Source: Eutreptiella sp. 'Long Island Sound 2002'
Taxonomy: Eukaryota > Protista > Euglenida
DNA: 64,000 nt
NCBI GenBank assembly: GCA_964036045.1
Contig: OZ038378.1
Location: forward strand, 3,286,001-3,350,000
Reading direction: 5' to 3'
Shown in pieces: positions 13,801 through 25,100 of this stretch. Under the pieces are notes generated by a model that was not told the DNA's origin, made no database searches, and saw only the letters and a program-made list of their open reading frames with translations. Each line of letters opens with the position of its first letter. The first letter of the stretch is position 1. The translations under genes and the position numbers were made by a program.

Positions 13801-14489
13801 TTCACACTATTTGGGTCAGCAGAAGCATGGGGCAATGGGGGCAGGGTGCTCCAAAAACATTGCCTGGTGTGGCTGGTGAGCTCCACAGAGGAGGTGGATG
13901 AGTGCAAAGAAGTAAATCGGACTCAGGGCCTGAAGGACGGTCTGCAGGACCACGGTTTGCTCTTTCCTCTTTTGCCACACTTCCTTCCCCTTGGGATTGG
14001 CATGCTCAACACTTGAGCACAACATCCAACTGCTGGACTATCCCCTCTTCATTAAGGTGAGCTAAGTGAAGGTGTAGGTGGAACCTTGGTACACGTACCC
14101 TGTTTACTCTCCCTCCCCCTAGGAGGAGGGATCCAAACTGAAGGAGGCGCCCACAATTTTCCCAGGGTAGGGTTGCAGGGCCACTAAGAAAAGCCTGCAT
14201 CTAACCCCTGGGCAGAACTCTCCACAACAGAGTCTGCGACTCATGTACTGAATAAGCGAAAGGGCAATCTCGAATTCGACATACACTTCCTGCCCCTACC
14301 GAACCCAGGTGGCCAAGCTCTCGGAAGACCAGAACCTGTCGAGACTCTGGTGCGTCACCCTTTATCTATTGTAAGGGAACTCGGTTGGCTGCTCGTGCAA
14401 CTTTGCATTTGTTTCTCATCGGACTGCCAAAGCAAGCGAGGGGCGCAAGTATGGGCAATGCTCTGCTGTGTGTGGTCCTCAACAATTTG

Positions 14490-15040
14490 TTTCTTGTATA
14501 TGGAACCCCAAACCTATGGTGTGGTGCCGGGTCTGCCGGGTAACCCTGGTCGCCCCCCCCCCCCCCCCCAATATGGCCCCTTGCTGGTGAGGACTCTGCC
14601 GGTTTCACGCTGGTCGGGCTGTTCAGTGGCACCTAACAATTTTTCAAAACTTGACTTTTTCTGAAACCCTTCTGTCCCCCTTGAAATGGGTTTGGGTGAT
14701 CATTTGCTGACAATACGGGTACTTGAGCACCCATGGGGGCCCGCGTCGTGGCCGCTAGGCCCATGTAGCGCAAGCCATGGGTCCTCCAAAAGCCCCAAAA
14801 TTGTTGTTGCTTGGGATGTTTAGTGGGACTTGAAAATTACCCAAAAGATGGCTTTTTCCGAAACCCTGCTGTTGCCCTTCAGATGGGTATGGGCGATTAT
14901 TTGGTGACAATGCGCGTACCTGAGCACCCATGGGGAACCAAGTAGTGCCTGCTAGGCCAATGTAGCCCAGGCCGTGAGCCCCCAGAAGCCCCAAAATTGC
15001 TGTTGTTTGGGATGTGTAGTGGCACCTGAATTTTCCAAAA
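14490..15040 (+). repeat. Two further partial copies of the 10920-11270 segment
   Basis: Shared strings ttgagcacccatgggg, ctaggccca(a)tgtagc and aagccccaaaattg(c/t)tgttg at ~11155-11240, ~14725-14810 and ~14920-15010. Confidence 0.8.
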
Positions 15041-16148
15041 TTTGATTTCTTCCCTTCCGTTGCCCCCAAGGTGGGTCTGGGTGATCATTTGGTGAAAAGA
15101 CGGAGACGTGGAGGAAACGCATGTGCATGGTGATAACGCATGAGTGTCCTCCCCTCCTCTGCACCCCTGTCGTCTCTCCTCTCTCTTTGAGATGCCTTCT
15201 TGAAGGCAATAGAATCTGGGATGGCAAATTTGGCACGCCAAAAGTCTGCCAAATTATGGCATGGTATTCGAAGATCCGAAGCCATTTTTCCAGGTGTCAT
15301 TGTAGCGCTTGTGGCATGCACATTACCATTGTGCCCAACAACAAGCGTCCAGAAGCCTCCAGGAAATAAGAAAAACTATCCAAGCAACCATCTAGAAGCC
15401 TCCCAGAAACAACTGCAATCAACCAGAGGCCCGTAGAAAATAACAACCACTACCATTCACGGTCTATGCTTCTTCTTGTTCCAGAGTCTGCAAATTTGGT
15501 ACCAAATTTGCACTGGTATTTCAGAATTGGTGCCAAACTTTCTCCGCACCACATTGCGTCGTTCCAAAGTTTGCAGATGCAGCTGCAGTGCTCACTGGCT
15601 ACTGGCTGAGGCAACTGAAGGCGTATACTTCTCTCGCCGGGCATGCCATGCATTGGGAGGAAAGACTAGGCCTGGACTGAGCGCCAACAGCTGCGGAATG
15701 CGGTGCTGTGCAGCAGTCCACCACCGTGTGTCCGCCAGAAAGAGGCAACCTGAGGCAGCCCGATGTTGCCGGCAGCCGGCAGCAGTTGGCGGTTGACTGC
15801 CCGGCAAAGTGTAGTCATGCAGCTGCGTTCTGAATACCGCATGACAGCCCTAGTGCAGGGTTCTCTCGGGGAAGGAGAGCGTGCTAATGAGGTACCCCCA
15901 TGGGCTGCGCCATTCAACACGGGGCCTTCCCATCAGAATCCATGCGTCAAATGCCAGCCACCCCTCGTTCTTTCAAAACAAGGACCACTATTGCACTATT
16001 GGCGGTCGTTGAGTGAAGGGTACCCCTCCATTCCATTTGGGGTGTGTTCATTGGCCTGAAGCTGTTCACCCTCTGCCTCGCTCTCTGCTGGTGTACAGAG
16101 CCCTTTGTAGAATCATGTCAGAGTGACGCTTGGCCTCTACCATACGCC

Positions 16149-19100
16149 ATGCCCCAGCTCTCGGTAGCCCCTGCCTCCGCATCCCTGCAAGAGCGCGGCT
16201 ATCACTACAAGTTGGACCCCAAGGGGGAGCCCCAGTGCCTTGGCAGCGGCGCCTTTGCAAAGGTGCTCCTCCTGGAAAATGCCGATGGCCAGGTCTCGTC
16301 ACCCTCTGTGCCCCACTGCGGCGGACCCAGAGGACGCGGGGCGAGGGGTATAGGCACCGCGGCAGCGGATGGCGTGGGCCTGAGACTTGGTGTGGCCTCC
16401 GGGAGGTAATGCAAGGGGCCTGTACAAGGCACCCCACGATAATGAGGGGGCAGACCAGGGCGCCTTTTAATGACTCGGCATCACCGGGGGTTCGGGTGGG
16501 GGGGTTGGTCAGAGGCCCAAAATTTTTTTTTTGTGTACCTAAAATCGGCCAACTTTTCTTCCGCGCCTTTAAGCAATCACAAATTTTCTCTGGTGCCTTT
16601 GGCGCCAATTGGTTGAGACCAAAAATGTTCTTCCGCGCCTTCGCCTCCTCAAAAGACTCAACCCCCCCCCCCCCCCCCGTAAACGAGCCCTGGGGCAGAC
16701 GCCACGACGGAAACATTCGCCATGGACACTGCCACCCAACGCAGTGCAGTGTCGGGAGAGACCGACCTGCGCTGGTGCACATCATGCGTGTGGCGGGGGC
16801 TGGGCCAACCAGGAGCACGAGGAGGGGGCCACGTGGGAGGGCGAGCAGGGCAGGGGCATTGCGAGGGACTGGGAACTTCGGGTGCCCGAGTCGGAAGTTG
16901 GGTTGGTTGACGGTGGTCTGTCCCCTGCCGCGATGAGGGGGCAGAGTGCCGTGCGACAAGCGTTTGTCGCCTCTCTCCATGGCAGCACTTTGTCTGGCGC
17001 TCCGCCACACCCCCGATCTGCGGTTTTGTTGCTGGGTGCGGCGCTCCATGCTTTTGCGGTGCCGGGCGCGCTATTCTGGTGCCGGTTGGCGGTGGTTGGT
17101 GCGCCGCGCACGGTTGCGGCAGTGTCGTTGGTCGTGGTGTTGCCGTTGCCCGGGCGTGGTCGGCGGTGGGGGGTGTGCGGCACGGGGGACCGTCGCCTTG
17201 TCAACCTCAAAATTTCGCTTGCGGGTTAAGTGTGTTGTCTTGCAGGACCGTGTGTTGTGAGGAACTGCCATTTGCATCCCTTGTACTTTGGCAGGACGCT
17301 ATGAAGTACTTTCTGTGAAGTGGAACCTGATGCCACAACCATGTTTACCCCCGGGACGAGTGTGATATACACCCGCTCTGCAGGGGCCTGTTCCAGGGCA
17401 GGTCGTTGGGTGTTCCGAGTGTGGTGATGCATATCGCCCCAGAGTGTGCGTGTACGGTGGTAGTACGGTTCCCCGGGCAAGGGTGGGGGACCGTCACTTA
17501 GCAATCGTCCCCCGGGGGTTGGCGGAGGACAGTCTTCCCTGGGGTGGGGAAGGACAGGGGTGATGGTGGTGCTAGTGGTACGCAAAACACCTCCGCAGCT
17601 GCATGTGGCGCGCGGGTGTGCGGTGCGCGGGTGCTTTCCCCAAACAGTGACCGGGCTGACAGCTTTGCCCATGGGGCCGAGCACCGCAGGGGCCGCACCT
17701 GAACGCAGCCCACGCCCTCTGCACCCCGTTGGCTGGGACATGTTGTTGGAGGGGCCGCGGCAGCAGAGGAGAGCTTCGGAGGGGCCGCGGCCAGAGATGG
17801 TGTCCTGTGGTAATGCGTTCAAGTTGAGTGTGCGGTCCTCGTTGACTGGCGAGCCCATGTACAAGGTAAAGTTATCGCTGAGTACCAGGGATGGGCATCA
17901 GAACGGGTCAAAATTTTTCGTGGGGCTGGGGGGGGGGATCTGGCTATCCATCACTCAGTGACAGGGAAAGTGACCGATGGTGCCCAAGTGTTGCAGTGCA
18001 GGGCATGTCCGTAATGGACAGTGACCGATGGAGATGGCACTGACAGTGACAGTTCCAGGTGCAGTGACACTGGCTATGTGTTGCAAACTGTGTTGCCTGT
18101 TTCAATGGTTTTGTCTGCTGCTCTCCTGCTGCAGGCCTCCCTTTCTTTCCTGGCTGTACACAATGCCTGTCAAGGGTAGTTGGCAAATGTGTTCACCGGC
18201 GCGCAGTGTGTTACTTGCTTGTGCAGCATTTGTGCCACGGATGTGCGCCCATGTGGCCTCTCCATGGCCCACCTCCTTCACCGCATCTGCTCTGCAGATG
18301 TGTGTCAGCAAACAAGTGAATGTGCCGCAACTCAAGAAGGCCGACCGTGCACTGATCGACAACGAGGTTGCGATTCTGCAGCAGATTGATCACCCCCATG
18401 TCATGAGGTGCGGCTGAGGGGGCCTGAGGCGGGCATGCCCTGCGCTTGCGCTGTCACAGCCCTGCGCGTGCCCTCTTCCCCTGTGCGTGTGCGCCGTCCC
18501 CTTGGGGCGCTTCCTGGACATACGGTGGAGTGGGCCGCTCGCAAGGCTTCTATGGCGTGCAAAGCACGGTGGTGGCGGAACGTGACGTTGGTTTTTTTTT
18601 TGGACCCCCCCACATTTTTCCTGGAGACAATGTCCTATTTTTGGCCGGAAACTGGGAACATATGGAATGCGTATCCTGCGGGAGATGGCCAACATCTCAT
18701 TCCCTTTTTTCATGGTTTTCGTGTCATATCACAAGTCACTCCCCAGGCCCTACAGTGTGCGCCCTGTGCGTATCCCAACAACAAAAAGCGTGTATCCCGT
18801 GATGCTCGTGCTCCGCACTATCTCCGCCTCTGGTGTGGAGCCACGGCCCAAGATATGGCGTAATCTTGGTCTGCGGCTGTAAGGTGGGCCTCTTTGGGGC
18901 GCTTCTCGGACGTACGGTGCAGTGGGCAGCTCACAAGGCTTCTATGGTTTGAGCAAACACGGTGGTTGCGGAACGAGACATTGATTTTCCTTTGTTTGGC
19001 CGTTCTGAGGGACCCCCCCCCCCTCTTTTTGGAGAAAAAGGGCTATTTTTGGCCCGAAACTGGATCATGTGGAAGGCCATCTCACCACTTGGCTGCCATT

Positions 19101-22100
19101 GTTGAATTTGTTGCTCAGAACTCTGGATTTGGGAATAGCTCAAGTCAATACTAACGATCGCTAGAGTAGAGTAGAGCCCGAAGCACTAGGCCGTGGTAAT
19201 GGCGAAATCAGAACGTACACGTTCACATTGGCCCATTTTGACGCACAGAACGTCCGTGCAGGGGCTCTCGTCAGGCCTAGACACGTAAAGGTCCGGGGTA
19301 ATTCTAATTCGAACATGCGTTTGGCCTATGATGGTGGTGACTCGATGGTGTTGCACCCGCCAGATCTGCGGCATCAGAAATGGAAAGTACGTGCAAATGC
19401 GAGAGTGCCCGCTGGAGTCAGACGGTGTGGCACTCCTGCTTTGAGGATAGCTGCGCCCGTCTGTATCAATGTGCATGACGTGGTCACGTGTTGTGCATCC
19501 CCCAACAGGTGCTTTGACACGTTCACCGATCCGGAGGGAGTGCTGCATATTGTGTGTGAATACGCTGCTGGAGGTGTGAGGGGCAGGAATACGGCAAAGG
19601 TTTGCGGCACACGTAGATGCACGGATGGTGGAAAGAAAGCGGCGTAGGCGGTTGCCTGGGCGTGCACAAGCTCCCCATCACAATTATTCGTTTGTTGCCT
19701 GTCTCCTCCCTCCCTTACCCACGGGTCATACTGGGGACTTCCAGGCGGGTGTTACAGACCCAGGGAAATGTGGCCTCTGCACCATCCTTGGGCATTGGAT
19801 GTGGGGTTCCTAAGCACATGGGAAGGAACCGTTGACCAGTTGACCACTGGGGCCTCCATTCGGGCACGGGCAGGGCCAGGGCGGGGGCAGGGGGGCACAC
19901 CTGGTTCTCCTTCCGAGGCATGTTGGCGTTATGTAGCCCGTTTGCCCACATGTGGCCCCCCGAGACGAGAGGGGTGATGTAACCACTCTGTCCGTGTGCT
20001 GAGCATTGGAGACACCCCAGACGGCTGAGTTTTTGCAGCCACTTTGCCCACACATGGGCCCTTGAGACGGCCACACCTCCCCTCACCAACCATGAGAAAG
20101 TTCCCATTGGAGGCCCTCCCCCGGGGCTCCCAGGCGGGAATGGGGCCAGGGGCCATTGCCTTGCCCTTGCCCTTCCTATTCCCCTCTCTCTTCCCTTCCC
20201 TCCTCTGCCTCTCCTTTCTCTCCACCCTCCTGCCCTCTCCTCCACTCCCGCAACTGACATTCATGCGCCTGGGATCCGAGGGCTGGGCTGTCGTCTTGGG
20301 TTTGGGCCTCTGGGCAGAGGTTGAGGGAATAGGGGACTCCTCGCCCAAGAATGAGGGCAAGGACGAGGAGGACTCGTAGAGCTACACCAAGGGCAGCCAT
20401 CTTGTCCACTGCATGGCGATGCCCTGGCCGCTTGTCGGCCTCCCAGGCCGGGTACAGAAACTCGTCACCGAACTTCTGCGCCCTCCGCCTTCGGCTGATG
20501 CCCCCTGCCCCTCCTCATGCCCACGTACACCACTACCCTCCTTCGGTCCATGCGCCCCTGCCCCTGCCCCTGCCCCTTGCCCATGCATCCGCCACCGCCC
20601 CTGTTGGGGAGGTGGTTGCGTTGCAGGACTGGAACAAGGATCAAGTTCAAACGATAACGGACGTTCTCTACAGCGAAATTTGACGAAAATAAAGCGAAAA
20701 AGGAGCAAATGTCTTCATGCAAACACCAAAGTCATCCACAAAATCAAGTGTCAGGCGCTTCTCTTTTTGGACAACAAACCCGAAGCCCCCTCTTTCCCAC
20801 TCCAAAAGTGCCGCACACAATTCTACTTCGATAAAATCGTTCTAAACTCTTCTCGTTTGCAGCTCCGGAAACAAACTCAAACGATGCTGGGGCTGAGTGT
20901 ATTTAGGGTTGTTCGTGCCCCTGCCCTTGTTCTGCCCCTGCAGATTCCTGTGCCAATTACCCTCGGCTCACCAGCGTGCCATGGCTGTCTCAGGCGATTT
21001 ATGCCAACGCATCCAGTGTCAAAAGGCCAAAGGGTACCCCTTTGCCGAAGCGACGGTTATGAATTGGTTTGTCCAGTTGTGTCAGGCCCTGGACTGCCTG
21101 CACCAGAAACGCATTCTGCACCGCGATTTGAAGGCGGAGAATGTGCTGTTGACAGTGGCCGGGGCAGTCAAACTGGCGGATTTCGGTGTCAGCGTCCAAC
21201 TGCAGGTCTGAGGGGGGGCCTGTGAGGAAGGCAGCGTAGGCTTTGCGGGCGCTTATGAGGGAGGCAGAGGCGGACAAGCTTGTGGCGGGTTCCTCCCACC
21301 CGCTCCCCACGGCGACCCCACCGGCGCAAAATGGGCCCGTCGCGACGCCACCGACGGATGGTGTTGAGTGACCAGGAGCCCCGTGGCCTCCTGTTGCACC
21401 CTCCAGTCAGTCACAGGGCTGGCTGATAGTGAAGCACCGCTGGAATGGATGCGCACGTCGCCATATGCTGCCAATGGGGGTGTACCGCCTTGATTCCACG
21501 GCGTGCACTCCACACACTTCGCACACTGCGTAACCTCAGGCTGCCGTTTGTTACAGAGAAGTGCTGCACTGGAGCAAGAGCAGGCTGGGCGCCTGAGCAT
21601 TTCAAGCGGCGTTTTGTCTGGAAACCCCCACCCAGGCTGCACTTTGCAGCTCCAAACCGCCAGACTTCGGAGTTTGATTGTAAATTTGGATGCAGAAATC
21701 GGTGACGGATGCAACGTCGCGTTTCATCTCCATTGTTCCTAGCATGTCCCTTCGAACACATGAACTGATGCAGTTTGAATGATGATTGCCCCAGCCACCC
21801 ATCCTGCGGCCTGCAGGGAACCCTTTCCAACCCCCGGCATCCCGGTTTCTGGTCACGCGAGTCCTTGCTCACATCGGAGAACAGACATCAAGTGCCTCGG
21901 ACAGGACAGGGCTGCAACATGGGCCCGAAGCAACTACTCCCCTCCCCTGCAACGTGAAGCCTGGAAAAGGTGGATGCCCTGGCAGGTGCACACCAAGGGG
22001 GTGGGATGCTGCAGCCATGGCGGGACAGGCATTCCACTGTTACCCGGAAAACCACACACCCAGGGATGCATTAGAAGGGAAGGGACCTCAGAGGCACCCC

Positions 22101-25100
22101 CGGAAGCGATTAGACAGGCAGTTGGAGGAGGTTGCCGAAGCGGTTGGGGGCGGTTGCCGAAGCGGTTGGGGGCGGTTACTGTCGGTTGCAAATGCCATCC
22201 AAGCTGGCACATGCCGTCAGGGAGACAGTGGCTGGGCATACGCAGGGCGCCCCGGAGGGTGGGTACCTCGCCCCCTGCGAATGCATCCCCGCACACACAC
22301 CCTCCCCGGCCCCTGGGGTAGTTCTGGACTACGCCCGCGGCATAAGACAGAGGAGTTGAAGCGACGGGCGCTATGCACGGGCCCAGTCCGTAGCCCAGCG
22401 CTGCGCTGCCTGGCCATCGCTGCAAACCTCAATCGAAGGCCCTCTGCGCTTGTGCACCAGGACCGGACACACACGCAGAGGGACCGCAGCGGCTCTGGGA
22501 GCCGCAATGGCCCGGAAGAGGGCCCTGGAGGCCTGTGCCGTGCCACCCATCGCGCCGCCCTGGCGCTGTTTCGCCCCCTCCCCGCCCCCCTGTTCCTGTC
22601 AGCCCGGACGCAAGGCCCGAACCGTCGTCGGCACGCCATATTACTACTCCCCGGAGATGTGTGAAGGCCTGTCGTACGATGAAAAAAGCGATGTCTGGTC
22701 TTTGGGTATGCCACCGGCCTTTGTGCGCTCTCTCCTCCCGCCACCTCCCGTTGAGACCAGAAGCGAATCCCCTTGTCGGTCCACAAGACCTGCCTCCAAA
22801 CGATAAGTGCATCATCGGCCTGCGGACCCCCCACCCTTGCCGACCAAACATGCAACGAACGCCCAGTTGACCGCCAGCCACAGGCGATTGGCCCACCGTG
22901 TCGGACCTCTTTAGCACCAACACCTGACCTGACATGAGTAGCTCCATCCCGCACTGCTTGCAACATAATTCTATTCGGAGGCCAAGTGCATTCACGACCC
23001 CAGGCAAACCCATTGATCCACCCATGATCTTATGGGACATGCTCCGAAAATCGGTTGCTGGCAACCGCAGGGACCAAGGGACCAGGACTCTTACTGATGA
23101 TACGAGGCCGGGGGGGGGGGGGGGGCATATTGCCCGAGAGCACTCGGGGGCCTTGTGCCCTTCAGCGTAAATACCCTCCATGTCGGTAATGCACGCTGTT
23201 TGCTCACACAGGACATTGGTGGTATGCAGTGCGGAAAGTGGGCCAATAACATAGCAGTTGTTGATGGTTAGTAGTGCATCGCATGGAGTTAGTCTATTAC
23301 CTTCGGCTGTCAATCAAAGCCATCAACCAAAAAAAAAAAAACCACAACTCCTTGTAACATGGGGGTGGGGGCGGCAGCTTCTTTGCAGCAATTTTTGTCA
23401 ACTTTTTTTTTTGCATCCCCAGGGGGGGTTCGTGGAAAAAAGACATCCCACCCAGGGCCAAAATTGTTTTCATCAGTTGGGCCTGACCCCATTTTTTGGT
23501 TTGTTGCTCCTCTACTTGAGGCAATTTTCTGTCTCTGTGAAGCTTGGGTTCATTTCTGCATGTGAGTCCACCCCCTCCCAACATAAAATAAGCAAACCAC
23601 AGGCACTGCACAGACTACACAAACCATGCACACGACACATCCTGCATATTACCACGAAGTGTTTGGCACAAACCATGTGCATTGCACGCACTGAGCAACC
23701 TAAATACGCGATGTGCAACATACACGCCATGCACACTACACAGCCCATGCACACCACACGTACCGTGCGGTCACCCACTGGGGATACTGTGGTTTTGATT
23801 GATGCAGACCGGCAGAGGGGTGTGTGCAGGGACAGAGCTCGCCCACCAATGCCGATGTGATCGGATAGGATGGGATGGGACACTGATGTTGCGCAGGTCC
23901 CGCCCTTGCATGCAGCGGACACTGGCAGATATTGTTGCTGCGATTTCGTGTCTTTTTTGGATCATGAAAGCACATGCCCATGGTCTTTGCTTCCGTTCAG
24001 GAGCGTCCTTGGGCTCAATATACCAGGAGGCGCATTCAGGGAACAAAGGGGTAATGGTTCCCACAACCCGGCTTTGGTGAGCAAAACAGGGAAATTGGGG
24101 GGAAACGGGGGGGGGGGGGGCAGGGGGTTAAATGGGGGAACATAGTAGCCTAAATAGGGGGGTTAGGAACAATACATCAACAAGTTGGGATACCATGGTA
24201 TTGTCTTACCTCTTGTAGACCAAGTAAACTAAGTACGTTTGCAGTGCAATTCCATGTTGGGCGTTGCCTAATGTGTGTGGGCCACTGGATTCATTGGGGT
24301 TTTGGCGCGGGCTGAAAGCCAAACTCCAAGCCCTGCACGCCGTGCTTTGCAGGTTCCTTGCAAGCCGTGCTTTGCAGGTTCTGTCCATGACACACACAGC
24401 AGCTGATGTGGAGCGGAGGTTCCGTTTTTACAAGCTTGCTCGCAATAAAAAGCAGCAACGCTTCTCAGACAGCCATCACACGGGTGTGGATCAGCTTTTC
24501 CATGAATGGCTTGGTACCCGCTGTCTCCCTTGTCTTCCTCATCTTCCCTCCTCTTCCCATGCCCTTGAGTGGTTCTCCTCCATACATCCTCTTCCTTAGA
24601 TCATCCTCCCAACCACAATTTGAAGGGGGTGGAAGCGGCTGTGGATGGTTGTTTTTTTTGTGCCATGCACTCAGAGTGGAGGGTCCAAGCATTTTTTGGA
24701 ACCACAGACCCACTCCCTTAACGCACCGCGTTCCTACATACACAATATGGTACCCCCCCCCCTTACCCCCCAGAGTTGCTAAGGGAACGCTAATCTTGCG
24801 GCGCTTATGGCGCGCACCTCAGGTAATTGTCATGGAACAGGGGTATTGTTCCCTTTGTGAACCGTACATTGAATGGGGGGCGGACATCGCAACATTTTTG
24901 TCCATTTTGATGGTGCCCGTTTGACCTACTTTCTTGACCAAAATTGAGGGAAATTAATGCAGTGCTCATGACCCCACACCCTGATCATCCCCCATCCTCA
25001 GGGATCCTGCTCTATGAGATCATTACGTTTTCGCTGCCATATTATTCGGAAGTGCCGAAAGAGGTGTGCCCCTGTCCTCCTGCGCCGGACTGGACGCCGA

